From: Nibricoccus sp.
Lineage (GTDB): Bacteria > Verrucomicrobiota > Verrucomicrobiia > Opitutales > Opitutaceae
Assembly (NCBI GenBank): GCA_047602425.1
Contig: JASGHG010000001.1
Location: 1,856,001-1,920,000, forward strand
Direction: 5' to 3'
DNA: 64,000 bases
The position numbers and the translations under genes were made by a program. The notes below the pieces were generated by a model that ran no database searches, was not told the origin of the DNA, and was given only the letters and a program-made list of their open reading frames with translations. Positions 30,657 through 40,202 of this stretch are shown piece by piece. Position 1 is the first letter of the stretch, and the number at the start of each line of letters is the position of its first letter.

Positions 30657-31543
30657 ATGGAAACGACGATGTTGGCTGCCCCTTCGGGCGAAAAGCTCAA
30701 CAAACGCCTTCCAGTCACTCCGGGCAAGGAAATCATCGCCATCCCAACAAATCCCTCGCCGGTTCCCACCACCGAACGCAATTCACCGCACTTCTTGCCA
30801 TCGGCAAAAATCTCCGCGGGTAAATCCACCGGAACGACACCTGTCCCAGCGACACGCACCAGCCTCCGCCGAACCTGCCCCATGCTCTTTAACCGAGCCA
30901 TCACTTCCTGGCCCAAATAACAGCCTTTCGTGTACGAAATTGCATCGCGCTCCAAAGCACCCTCGTTTGGCAAATCCCCCTGGCCGATATCGCGTGGCAC
31001 CGCTGGAATCGCCGCTTCGATCCGCAACCGCTCCAAATCGCCAGCCCCGATTTCCGCGGCTCCGTGGGCCCGCAGAAAATCGACCGCGTTGTCTCCACTA
31101 ATTCGATACAACCATTCGAAGCTCGTCGCCCCCGTCCGCCGCCCGGCTTCAAAAACAAATCCCCCGCAAGCCTTCGCCCATGCCTCGGCCTGCGGTCCAC
31201 TGGCCCCGAGTACACATATGCCCGCCCAGTCGTTCGTGACATTCTCCACGGTCACATCGTCAGCTATGATAAAGCCTTCCAAATGCTTACGTAAATCCTC
31301 CGCCGGAGAAAAGAGACTCACACACCACCATTCTGAACCCCGCAACAACAGAAAGCTGTCCGCTTGAACCTTCCCTTTATGATTAAGCCACAAGCCGTAA
31401 GCAACCTCGCCCTCTTCGACACAAGGTCGCAGATCCTGCGTAAATTGCCCTTGAAGAAAGGAAAACGCATCTTCACCCGTAACCTTTAATACCGCCGCTG
31501 GCCGGTATGAACTAAAGATCACTGAAGTTGTCGGGATTTCCAT
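30653..31543 (-). CDS. ygfZ: Folate-binding protein YgfZ / GcvT family
   Basis: FLQGQFTQD and KGCYLGQEVMAR. Confidence 0.88.
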   Translation of the reverse strand: MEIPTTSVIFSSYRPAAVLKVTGEDAFSFLQGQFTQDLRPCVEEGEVAYGLWLNHKGKVQADSFLLLRGSEWWCVSLFSPAEDLRKHLEGFIIADDVTVENVTNDWAGICVLGASGPQAEAWAKACGGFVFEAGRRTGATSFEWLYRISGDNAVDFLRAHGAAEIGAGDLERLRIEAAIPAVPRDIGQGDLPNEGALERDAISYTKGCYLGQEVMARLKSMGQVRRRLVRVAGTGVVPVDLPAEIFADGKKCGELRSVVGTGEGFVGMAMISLPGVTGRRLLSFSPEGAANIVVSI

Positions 31544-31810
31544 GCGCTTTATCTTATTCCAAACGTCGAATTTGCAAATCTACCCACAAAAACGGCAAAA
31601 GATTTTGTTGACGAATGCCCGCTCATGCGTTCTGTTTTCCTCATTAGATTTTCCTTCTTCTCCCGCCTAGCGGGAGTTTTGGGGTAACTAAGAAAGCAAA
31701 TGGCCGGTCGCTTAGGGGTAGGCGACCGGCCAACTTTTTTTCCCGAATTGGGATTCAAGTCACGCTCAGACTTGCAACACACGACAGGACAAGCACGGTC
31801 AGTCCCCTCC

Positions 31811-32866
31811 ATGCAGAAAACGTCCGACATCCACGTCGCAGAGACCAAAGCACTTCCTTCGCCCACGAAACTTGTGGCCGAACTGCCCAAGACCGAACCT
31901 CAGGCCGCCTTCATCGCCCACGCTCGCGAGGAAATTCACCGCCTCATTTTCACCGACGACAAACGCTTCCTCCTCGTCGTGGGCCCTTGTTCCATTCACG
32001 ACACGGCTGCCGGCCTCGAATATGCCAAAAAGCTTGCCGTTCTCGCGCGTGAAGTTTCTGACCGCGTGATGATTGTCATGCGCGTGTATTTCGAAAAACC
32101 GCGCACCACCGTCGGCTGGAAAGGCCTCATCATGGATCCGCACCTCGACGGTTCCCACGACATCGCCACCGGACTTCGCACCGCCCGTGCTTTCCTCCGC
32201 CAAGTGCTCGATCTCGGCCTGCCCACCGCGACCGAACTTCTCGACCCCATTACGCCTCAATATATCGCCGACCTGATCTGCTGGTCCGCCATCGGCGCTC
32301 GCACCACCGAGTCGCAGACTCATCGCCAGATGGCTTCCGGTTTGTCGATGCCGCTTGGTTTTAAAAACAGCACCGACGGCACCATTGGCGCCGCAATCAA
32401 CGCCATCAAGGCCGCCTCGCAAAAACAGACTTTTCTCGGCATCAACATGGACGGCGTCGCTGCAGCCGTCACGACCAATGGCAATCCCGATTGCCACATC
32501 GTCCTTCGCGGCGGTGCAGCCGGCCCCAATTACAGCCCGAGCCACATTGCCGAAGTCGAGAAGCTCCTCGCAAAGGCCAGCCTGCACAAGACCATCATGG
32601 TCGATTGCAGCCACGACAACTCCGCGAAACAACCGGAACGCCAGCCCGAAGTCGTGAAAGCCCTGATCGAACAGATCACCACCGGCAACACGTCCATCAT
32701 GGGCGCCATGATCGAGAGCAATCTCCTCCCCGGGAACCAGCCCTTCCCCCAGCCAAAAGAGAAACTTCGCTATGGCGTTTCCATCACCGACGGCTGCATC
32801 GATTGGCCGACCACGGAAAAAGTTGTTCGCGAAATCCACGCCGCTCTCGCTCCACGTTTCGCCTGA
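31811..32866 (+). CDS. 3-deoxy-7-phosphoheptulonate (DAHP) synthase, class I-alpha
   Basis: GPCSIHD, RVYFEKPRTTVGWKG, IGARTTESQ, DCSHDNS, YGVSITDGCI. Confidence 0.95.
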   Translation: MQKTSDIHVAETKALPSPTKLVAELPKTEPQAAFIAHAREEIHRLIFTDDKRFLLVVGPCSIHDTAAGLEYAKKLAVLAREVSDRVMIVMRVYFEKPRTTVGWKGLIMDPHLDGSHDIATGLRTARAFLRQVLDLGLPTATELLDPITPQYIADLICWSAIGARTTESQTHRQMASGLSMPLGFKNSTDGTIGAAINAIKAASQKQTFLGINMDGVAAAVTTNGNPDCHIVLRGGAAGPNYSPSHIAEVEKLLAKASLHKTIMVDCSHDNSAKQPERQPEVVKALIEQITTGNTSIMGAMIESNLLPGNQPFPQPKEKLRYGVSITDGCIDWPTTEKVVREIHAALAPRFA

Positions 32867-33071
32867 AAACGGACGGCACTGCGCCGTCACTGCTAGTTCG
32901 GCTCGCGCTTGGAAGCCAGATTCCGGGCGGAGTCCTTTCGCCCTTCTGCATTCTCCCTTCTTCATTGGCGCTCCGGGCATATGACAGTCCGGCAAAAATC
33001 TGCGCTAAGAAAAGCATTTGGTGCGTGTCAACACGCTGGTATTCATGGTTAACTCTAGGTTCTTCGCATCT

Positions 33072-34058
33072 ATGAAAACACCTATTCGTGTCGCTGTCAC
33101 CGGCGCCGCCGGTCAAATCGGTTACGCCCTCCTCTTCCGCATTGCCTCTGGTGCAATGTTCGGCCCAGACCAACCCGTGATTCTTCAGCTTATCGAAGCC
33201 CCGATCGAGAAGGCCCTCAAGGCCCTCGAAGGTGTTGCGATGGAGCTCGACGATTGCGCCTTCCCGCTGCTCAAGGGCATCGTCCAAACCTCCGACCCGT
33301 CCGTCGGTTTCAAGGACGCCAACTGGTGTCTCCTCGTCGGTGCCAAACCACGCGGTCCCGGCATGGAACGCGCCGACCTCCTCAAGGACAACGGCAAGAT
33401 TTTCATCGAACAGGGCAAGATCATCGACGCGGTTGCCGCCGCTGACGCCCGCGTCGCCGTCGTTGGCAATCCCGCCAACACGAACTGCATGATCGCCGCC
33501 AGCCAGGCCAAGCGCCTGCCTGCCGAACGCTTCACCGCGATGGTCCGTCTCGACCAAAACCGCGCCCAGAGCCAATTGGCCAAGAAGGCCGGCGTCGATC
33601 TCACCGAGGTCAAAGACATTTTTATCTACGGCAATCACAGCCCGACGATGTTCCCAGCCTACGCCCATGCTTCGATCTCCGGCAAGCAGGCCACCCGCGT
33701 CATCACCGACCTCGCCTGGCTGCAAGGCCCCTTCTGCGAGACCGTCGGCAAACGCGGCGCCGCCATCATCGCCGCCCGCGGTGCTTCCTCGGCGGCTTCC
33801 GCTGCCAACGCGCTGGTCGACCACGTCCGCAGTCTCGTGACTCCTGGCGCGATCCACTCGATCGCCGTCAAGTCCAACGGCGCCTATGGTTTCGACGCCA
33901 ACGTCTGGGCCGGTCTACCCGTCCGCACGACGACCGCTGGCTCCTACGAAATCATTCAGGGTTATGCCATGGACGACTTCGCCAAGTCGAAGATTGCCGC
34001 CACGAACAAAGAGCTTGTCGAAGAGCGCTCGTTCGTTGCCAGCATGCTGACCGCCTAA
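33072..34058 (+). CDS. mdh: Malate dehydrogenase
   Basis: [39 protein letters not shown]. Confidence 0.95.
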   Translation: MKTPIRVAVTGAAGQIGYALLFRIASGAMFGPDQPVILQLIEAPIEKALKALEGVAMELDDCAFPLLKGIVQTSDPSVGFKDANWCLLVGAKPRGPGMERADLLKDNGKIFIEQGKIIDAVAAADARVAVVGNPANTNCMIAASQAKRLPAERFTAMVRLDQNRAQSQLAKKAGVDLTEVKDIFIYGNHSPTMFPAYAHASISGKQATRVITDLAWLQGPFCETVGKRGAAIIAARGASSAASAANALVDHVRSLVTPGAIHSIAVKSNGAYGFDANVWAGLPVRTTTAGSYEIIQGYAMDDFAKSKIAATNKELVEERSFVASMLTA

Positions 34059-34082
34059 ACGATTTGTAAGTTTTTATTCTTC

Positions 34083-34111
34083 AGCGGCGCCTTCACCGGC
34101 GCCGCTTTTTT
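34083..34111 (+). terminator. Rho-independent terminator
   Basis: AGCGGCGCC-TTCACC-GGCGCCGCT plus T run after mdh. Confidence 0.85.
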
Positions 34112-34225
34112 ACTGCAGGGCTATCGAGTGCGACAACATATGGTCCAAAGCGTTTGTCATCCAATAAACTACAAACCTTCTAATTGATCCAATCGATGGA
34201 TAGAAATTTGCAATGCCCGCGCCGA

Positions 34226-34933
34226 CTACGCCAATAAGCCCGCCAGCACCGGCTGTTTCGTAAGCGCGAAGGCTTCGCGAACAGCCACAAAAGCCTTCAG
34301 CAACTCCCGTGGCGCACCACTCCGCGGGAAGACCATCGCCAGCTCCCCTGCCTCAAAACGCACCTCCGCCGAAACTCCCGGTACCGACAAAATACATCGG
34401 CTGCAATCCGAAGGATAATTAACCGCCAACTTGCTCGCGTCGTCCAACCCCTCAACGGCGTCGATCACGGACTCAACCGTCGCGCCTTTAGTTAGTACAA
34501 AAGACAATTCGGAAAATTGGCCCGCAAACAAGGTGTCGCATTCCGTTGTTGCCGCAAAATCCGTGCTGCGGAGCCCGTGCAATGCACGCGTCGTCACGTA
34601 GCTCGCGGGATCAGCTTCATCAAGAGCATAGGTCAGCTCGAACGTAAAATCCTTTGCCGATAGCACAGCGTTTGGACTTGTGACATCGAGTGTGAGCTCC
34701 TTTCGCTTGTAGCCAAAGGTTTCACGCGCCGCTTGGAAAAACTTCTCCGCCTCTTCCGCCAGTTCGTCAGCACAGAGTTTGGCCAAAAAACCTGAAGTCG
34801 CGGCATTCACCGCGTCCGGCACCGTGTGATGACTCTTTTTGAACCCGCCGAGCAATTTCACGAGGCCGCTGCCACGTCCGACGAAACGCACGTGGTGAAC
34901 AAACGCGGAGGATTTTTCGGTTCGCGACGCCAT
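34226..34933 (-). CDS. Hypothetical protein
   Basis: 235-aa ORF from MASRTEKSS with protein-like composition; no recognised motif; start uncertain. Confidence 0.6.
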   Translation of the reverse strand: MASRTEKSSAFVHHVRFVGRGSGLVKLLGGFKKSHHTVPDAVNAATSGFLAKLCADELAEEAEKFFQAARETFGYKRKELTLDVTSPNAVLSAKDFTFELTYALDEADPASYVTTRALHGLRSTDFAATTECDTLFAGQFSELSFVLTKGATVESVIDAVEGLDDASKLAVNYPSDCSRCILSVPGVSAEVRFEAGELAMVFPRSGAPRELLKAFVAVREAFALTKQPVLAGLLA

Positions 34934-35135
34934 GGAAGGCATCAGCGATGCCCGCGAACTCGTTGCGAGAAAAGCCAAAACAGCAAACACTCGCGGCGAA
35001 CCCTTGTGTTTCCCGCCTTAACCTGCATGTTATGTCGTTCATGTTCTTTGACTGGTACGCGCACCAGTTCATTCAGCCTTCAGAATTCCGTCGGGCCATC
35101 TGGCCTCCGGCTTCTGAGCTCTGATTTTCACTTTT

Positions 35136-35489
35136 GGGGGTGTTCTGGATTCGACCCTTGGTTGGAGCGCGTCGCTGCCGTTCGAGGATGAAGGTTGGCC
35201 TCGTAAATCGTCCTTCAAAAAAATAATAGGCAAGACCGAATACATGCCATTGGCCGCCTAAGTGCGGCCTCGTTGGACTAGCGACACCTGCTAGTTAGCT
35301 CTAACGTCGACAGCAGGCATAGCGCGCGGAGCGACCCGCGGTTTGCGCGCAGTACTTCGACCCGGGGGTTGGCTGGTGCTTAAGCGCGTGGAGTCACGTA
35401 ACACCGGCGAGATAAAAACTTCACTACAACGGTAGACGCGGCGGGCAAAGGCCAGGGGCACGCGGGTTCAACTCCCGCCACCTCCACCA
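35136..35489 (+). ncRNA. ssrA: tmRNA; tag (A)GKTEYMPLAA at 35229-35261
   Basis: 5' GGGGGTG...GGATTCGAC; 3' GCGGGTTCAACTCCCGC-CACCTCC-ACCA (T-arm, acceptor stem, CCA); internal reading frame ending LAA-stop. Confidence 0.95.
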
Positions 35490-35521
35490 TTTAGACCAAC
35501 GACTTACAGAAGTTTTTGGTA

Positions 35522-35542
35522 ATTCCTGTCACATTCCTGTCA
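35522..35542 (+). repeat. Tandem 10-bp direct repeat, candidate integrase arm-type sites
   Basis: ATTCCTGTCA-C-ATTCCTGTCA between the ssrA end and the integrase. Confidence 0.55.
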
Positions 35543-35587
35543 TTTTTCGATTGCTTGTTGCAACGGATGGCTGCTTTGTTGCACCCG

Positions 35588-36910
35588 ATGGCACGGAATG
35601 CAGACAGCGATCAAGCGCGCCCGTCCGCGTTGAAATCTTGGGAGTATCCCAAGAAATCGGGCATCCGTATCCGTGAGATATTGAACCTCCATGGCGGAGA
35701 TGCCTTCGGCGGAAGTTTTCAGGTCATCGCCCCGGCCAAGATCACCGGCGGTCTGCGTGAACGAAAGCAGTTCAAGACAAAGACTGAGGCGGAAGAACAC
35801 GCCGAAAAGGTCTTCAGTGGATACAAGAAACAAGGCCACGATTTCTTCGATCTGTCCGACGAAGAACGTCGGCAAGTCGCCGTTTGCTTACCACTCCTGC
35901 GCCAGCAAGGCATCACCCTGCGCGAGGCGGTGGATTTCGCAATCAAGCGATTCTCGGTAGCAGGCAGAGGCAAGACCGCACGTGAAGTCGTTGCGGAACT
36001 GGTTCAAAGCAAAGAGCAACGTTTTCAGCGCGGGGATTTGCGTGAACGGAGTTATCGGGATTTCAGGCATCGGGCCGAAAAATTCGCCAAGGGATTTGAA
36101 AAGCGCGTGGCCGCAGAAATCACCGGCCAGCAAATCAAAGACTGGTTGAATGCTCAAAAATTGGGGCCACGAACCAACAAAAACTACATCGCGATCATCG
36201 GCGAATGCTTCCGGTACGCTGTCCAGAAACGCTACCTCGCTCTTTCCCCTCTTGATGACCTGACTGACGTCGACCGCAAGGAACTCTGTGGCAACGGTGG
36301 CGATGAGATTGAGCCAAGCATCCTCACCATCGAACAAGCTGAGAAGCTGCTGACAGCAGCCAGGAACAACCCCGACCTCGGCTTGCTGGCGGCGGTGACT
36401 CTGGGCCTATTCTGTGGATTGCGTTCGGAAGAATTAAAGCGACTGGATTGGGCCAACGTGCGTCACACCGACGCACAGCCGGTCGTGACCATCGGCGCGA
36501 AGATCGCGAAAAAGCGGCGTATCCGTCATGTGGATATACCGAAGAATGCTGTGCAATGGTTGAGCCTCTGCGTGAAGACCGAGGGGCCAGTTGCCGAAAA
36601 CAACCACACAAACGATTTTCAAAAGCGTTTTCGGAAGCTGCAAAAATTGGCGGGCTTTGGCCACGATGACGAAAAGGGCGAATGGGTTTCCACATGGGAA
36701 AACAACGCCATGCGCCACAGCTTCGGCAGTTATCATTACGCACTCCACGGCAACCCGCTGGAGACCTCACGCCTTCTCGGACACAAAGCCAGCGACCAGG
36801 TGCTGTTCGACCATTACCGAGCCCTAGCGACAAAAGTACAGGCAGAGAAATACTTCGCACTCTGTCCGCCACCGCAAAAGCAGGGTGACGCCACGATCTC
36901 AACAGGGTGA
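35588..36910 (+). CDS. Tyrosine recombinase / integrase
   Basis: GLRSEE (R), AKKRR (K), NAMRHS, LLGH, DHY catalytic residues. Confidence 0.92.
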   Translation: MARNADSDQARPSALKSWEYPKKSGIRIREILNLHGGDAFGGSFQVIAPAKITGGLRERKQFKTKTEAEEHAEKVFSGYKKQGHDFFDLSDEERRQVAVCLPLLRQQGITLREAVDFAIKRFSVAGRGKTAREVVAELVQSKEQRFQRGDLRERSYRDFRHRAEKFAKGFEKRVAAEITGQQIKDWLNAQKLGPRTNKNYIAIIGECFRYAVQKRYLALSPLDDLTDVDRKELCGNGGDEIEPSILTIEQAEKLLTAARNNPDLGLLAAVTLGLFCGLRSEELKRLDWANVRHTDAQPVVTIGAKIAKKRRIRHVDIPKNAVQWLSLCVKTEGPVAENNHTNDFQKRFRKLQKLAGFGHDDEKGEWVSTWENNAMRHSFGSYHYALHGNPLETSRLLGHKASDQVLFDHYRALATKVQAEKYFALCPPPQKQGDATISTG

Positions 36911-36977
36911 AGAATGCAGTCTTTCTTCATCCAACAAATTATCGTGAGGCTGACCGCATTTCTGATTCCAATCAGAT

Positions 36978-37370
36978 TCAGGTGATCAGTTCCACGGCAG
37001 CCTGCACCTCGCGCCGTTTCTGCACCTCGCAAGCGATCAGAGCCAGGTGCCAGTCATTGAAAATATTTTGCCGCTGAAGCACACGGAGGCCGATTTCGGT
37101 CACGCTCATCTTCCACTTCACGGAAGCAACCACACGTTGCTCGTCGCGATCAAAGAGGGAGATCTCTCCCTCTTCAATCTCCGGCGCCTGGCTCATGAAT
37201 GATTCCACGGCTTCTTCCGGAGAGTCAGTAAATGCACCTGAAACGCAAACGCCGGCCGCATGTTCAACAACCACCTGAAAACGTCCGACACGACGGACGA
37301 CGGGCACAGGCGCTGGGACAACTTCTGAGGTGAGTTCGATATTCGAGGGAATGGTTTTCACGTGTGCCAT
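36978..37370 (-). CDS. Hypothetical protein (130 aa)
   Basis: ORF from MAHVKTIPS; paired 16-bp boxes directly upstream. Confidence 0.6.
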   Translation of the reverse strand: MAHVKTIPSNIELTSEVVPAPVPVVRRVGRFQVVVEHAAGVCVSGAFTDSPEEAVESFMSQAPEIEEGEISLFDRDEQRVVASVKWKMSVTEIGLRVLQRQNIFNDWHLALIACEVQKRREVQAAVELIT

Positions 37371-37408
37371 TTCGCAACCACCCCAGACAGCGATCAACGA
37401 GGCGTACC

Positions 37409-37447
37409 CTCCGAAATTGGTGTAACCAAACTACACCAAATCCGGTA
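37409..37447. promoter_or_regulatory. Tandem 16-bp operator-like boxes
   Basis: CTCCGAAATTGGTGTA (37409-37424), 7 bp, TACACCAAATCCGGTA (37432-37447). Confidence 0.6.
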
Positions 37448-37796
37448 GCCACGAACCTAAGCATGTAGCCAATCTGGCGGCTCCGGACACGCGGCAGCCA
37501 GGGTAGTCCGCCGCGCGGCGAGTTCGCTCTGATATTGTGTTTTCAATTCAGCGAGCCGCGATAAATCGCCATGATCGCCCTACGCCAAGCAGGTCGTCAC
37601 GACCAGCGGTGTCGTGACTGTGGTCATCCACACCCAAGCGAAGGTCGTAGCGAATAGCCTGTCGCTTCGTTCACCCACACGGCACAACCACCAGCGCAGA
37701 ACTATCACCGGCGATCCGGCGTGAACCACGTTCCCGATAGCGAGCGGTAGTCGCAATCGCAGGCATGTCCGCCACGGCGGAACGTCCTTTTTCACC

Positions 37797-37946
37797 GGAG
37801 CATTCTTGCTCTCTCTGGCAGTCCCTCCCACCGGAACGCCGCTGCGCGGGCAGGTTCGTTTTGGTCCTCCTTGAAAGGAATCCCCCCAACCGCCCCCTCG
37901 TTCCGGTCGGCACCCCCGCCCTTAGACGAGAGAGCAATCCCGCTCC
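37797..37946. other. Long nested stem-loop (ssDNA promoter / ssi-like candidate)
   Basis: GGAGC/GCTCC, TTGCTCTCTC (37806-15)/GAGAGAGCAA (37928-37), ACCGGAACG (37830-38)/CGTTCCGGT (37899-907). Confidence 0.55.
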
Positions 37947-37967
37947 TCAAAATCAAAAAGGAACATC

Positions 37968-38267
37968 ATGCCCGCCAAGACCGCTCAACCCGCCTCGCAA
38001 CCCAAGAACGCTGCATCCGCATCCAAACTGCCGGTGAAAACCTTCCGCCTCGGTCGCATTAAAGCCGCCGTATGGGAGAACGAAGCCGACCTGAAGAAAT
38101 ACTATAACGTAACCTTCGCCCGGACCTACGTGGATGAAGCGAAAAACTACCACGACACCGACAGCTTCGGTCGCGACGACCTCCCGCTCGTCGCCAAGCT
38201 CGCCGATCAGGCGCACACATTCATCTTTGAGCAGCTCGCGAAACTGAAATCCGAGCAGAGCGAATAA
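37968..38267 (+). CDS. Small protein, possibly PC4-like ssDNA-binding
   Basis: RBS AAAGGAA; RLGRIKAAVWEN...YNVTFARTY...DSFGRDDL; own terminator; fold assignment is inference. Confidence 0.7.
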   Translation: MPAKTAQPASQPKNAASASKLPVKTFRLGRIKAAVWENEADLKKYYNVTFARTYVDEAKNYHDTDSFGRDDLPLVAKLADQAHTFIFEQLAKLKSEQSE

Positions 38268-38282
38268 TCCATCGCCTCAATC

Positions 38283-38310
38283 GGCGGCCGGTTTCCCCGG
38301 CCGCCTTTTT
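38283..38310 (+). terminator. Rho-independent terminator
   Basis: GGCGGCCGG-TTTCC-CCGGCCGCC-TTTTT. Confidence 0.85.
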
Positions 38311-38383
38311 CACGTCCTCCGCCGCCAAGCCAACAACCAACTGAAATCGACCCAATGCTCGCATTGCTCGTTTTCTTCTAGCG

Positions 38384-38562
38384 ACTGCCAGCCGCTGGAT
38401 TTCGCCATTGTACACCCGGTCAAGGTCGTATCGCTGCGCGATCTCCACCACGCGCAAACGTTTCGCTTCCCCCTCGTTGGTCCCCCTACGCGGGACACGG
38501 CCTCGGCGCTTCACCCAGCGCTTTGACTTTCGGGTGTCGGGCAAAAATCGCCAATCGGCAGT
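38384..38562. other. Second long nested stem-loop (ssDNA promoter / ssi-like candidate)
   Basis: ACTGCC/GGCAGT, GATTTCGCC/GGCAAAAATC (imperfect), ACACCCG/CGGGTGT, GTCAA/TTGAC. Confidence 0.5.
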
Positions 38563-38618
38563 AGGCGATAAGGTCACGAACCGTGACACACGCCCGACGC
38601 GCCGAACGGCTCCTAATC

Positions 38619-38987
38619 ATGAGTTCTGAAAACGTGTTCGGCGATATGATCTATTCCTACTCTCGCAAACAGGCCATCGAGGACGGCGTCCTCGTCGACC
38701 TTAGCCAGGTCGAGTCCGTCAAGCAGCATTGGAAATATCCTTTCGCCTGTACCGATACCGTTTGGTTGATCATCGAAAAAGCCTTGGAGCAACCCGGTCA
38801 GGATGTCTCCGGCATCTGTCATGACATCTGCACCATGGCCAAGCTCGCTCTCAAAGGCAGTGATGAAGCCGAGCGAGTACTCTTCGAGGTGACCATCGCA
38901 GGTCGGACGCAGGCGCTGAAACTACACTGCGGCCCCGGCGACACCTCTGCGCCGGTGCTTACGTTGATGCTGCCGAACGAGGACTAA
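38619..38987 (+). CDS. DUF6573-like protein
   Basis: IYSYSRKQAIEDGVLVDL...GQD...CGPGD...VLTLMLPNED, recognised from memory of the family. Confidence 0.7.
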   Translation: MSSENVFGDMIYSYSRKQAIEDGVLVDLSQVESVKQHWKYPFACTDTVWLIIEKALEQPGQDVSGICHDICTMAKLALKGSDEAERVLFEVTIAGRTQALKLHCGPGDTSAPVLTLMLPNED

Positions 38988-38991
38988 ACTC

Positions 38992-39013
38992 GGGGACTTC
39001 GGTCCCCTTTTTT
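38992..39013 (+). terminator. Rho-independent terminator
   Basis: GGGGAC-TTCG-GTCCCC-TTTTTT. Confidence 0.85.
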
Positions 39014-39178
39014 CGTCTATCAGCGCTATAAACGTCCCGCAAAATCTCCCGTGTTCTCGGTAGGTGCGCACTAGTGCCAACACAAAACCGACCGGATTTC
39101 CTAACTGTAGATCGGCCGCCGTCGCGTGCCGATATCAATGAAAAGATACAAATCTGCCGCGTTTCGCGGCCAAAACAT

Positions 39179-39388
39179 ATGCCAACCTCCACCGAACTCC
39201 CCCTCAATGGAACTTCTCCAAACGGTCGCAACAACGCACGTTCCGATACTACGCTTGACGAACTTAGCGAAATCAAACGGCAGCTGCTTCAAGCAGAAGT
39301 CCGTCTCGCAAAAGCGCGCGCTAACGCCGCCGGAGCCGAAGCGGACGTGAAAGTCTTGAGCGCACGTTTGCGTGCGATTAGCAGGTAA
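39179..39388 (+). CDS. Small coiled-coil hypothetical protein
   Basis: 69-aa ORF MPTSTELP...LSEIKRQLLQAEVRLAKARA; followed by a terminator hairpin. Confidence 0.45.
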   Translation: MPTSTELPLNGTSPNGRNNARSDTTLDELSEIKRQLLQAEVRLAKARANAAGAEADVKVLSARLRAISR

Positions 39389-39418
39389 ACCGCACGTCGC
39401 CGCGCGCAGATCACAACG

Positions 39419-39443
39419 AGGCCGGCAGAAATGCCGGCCTTTT
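39419..39443. terminator. Terminator hairpin between convergent genes
   Basis: AGGCCGGCA-GAAA-TGCCGGCCT-TTT. Confidence 0.7.
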
Positions 39444-39477
39444 CCGTTTGTTATCTGAGGAATTCGCTGGCTCGTGT

Positions 39478-40200
39478 CTAGACGGTTACCTCTGGAGATT
39501 TGTCTGTGGCAGCTGTCAGTTTGCGAATTCGCCGTTGAAATCCCGGACGAAAAACGCCCTCAGGCGTAATATGCACGTAACCTTTTTGCACAGCATAACA
39601 CATAAGCTCGCCCTTCTGGTGCAGGCCCAACTTTCCCATAATTGCTTTCCGATGGGTATTAACCGTGTGCGGTGACAACCCCAATCGTTCCGCCGCCCGT
39701 TGATCGTCGGAACCATCCCCAATGACGGACAAGACCATCTCTTCCTTATCGGTGAGCGCATCTAGCGTGATGTTTTTAGGGCGCTTCACGTGAGGCACGA
39801 ACGTTGGGCTGACATAAATCTCTCGCTCAATCACGCGCTGTAACGCCGTGTGGAGATGGGCCAGCCCTTCGGCTTTCACGTCGAAAAGCCCGTTGTACCG
39901 AACCTCTCGCAGTAGGCATAAGGTGCGTGAATCCTTCCGGGCCGTGACGATCAAGACAGGCAAATCACGCTCAATAAAGGGCTCCAGATGTTCGAGCCCG
40001 TCCATATCTTCGATCTGCACCCCCGTGATAAATATGTCCGGCATACTCGCCTGGATTGCTTCCAACGCATCGAATCCTTTTTGAAATACTTCAACCTGGG
40101 CACCACGCCAATATTCTTTGATCTGCCGACAAATCATATCGCCATAGAGACGGTTGGCTTTCAGCACGACGATACGAGGCGCGGCAGATTTGGGCGGCAT
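39478..40200 (-). CDS. LuxR/NarL-family regulator with atypical receiver domain
   Basis: C-terminal LTDKEEMVL...AAERLGLSPHTVNTHRKAIMGKLGL; REC-like N-terminus lacking the phospho-Asp (PDIFITGVQIEDMDG). Confidence 0.85.
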   Translation of the reverse strand: MPPKSAAPRIVVLKANRLYGDMICRQIKEYWRGAQVEVFQKGFDALEAIQASMPDIFITGVQIEDMDGLEHLEPFIERDLPVLIVTARKDSRTLCLLREVRYNGLFDVKAEGLAHLHTALQRVIEREIYVSPTFVPHVKRPKNITLDALTDKEEMVLSVIGDGSDDQRAAERLGLSPHTVNTHRKAIMGKLGLHQKGELMCYAVQKGYVHITPEGVFRPGFQRRIRKLTAATDKSPEVTV

Positions 40201-40202
40201 TG

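Noticed and set aside
32943..35130. Short heptamer-like runs (TTCTGCA TTCTCCC TTCTTCA near 32944; TTCTGAG CTCTGAT near 35112)
   Set aside because: Only two or three degenerate units each; too weak to call a repeat array.
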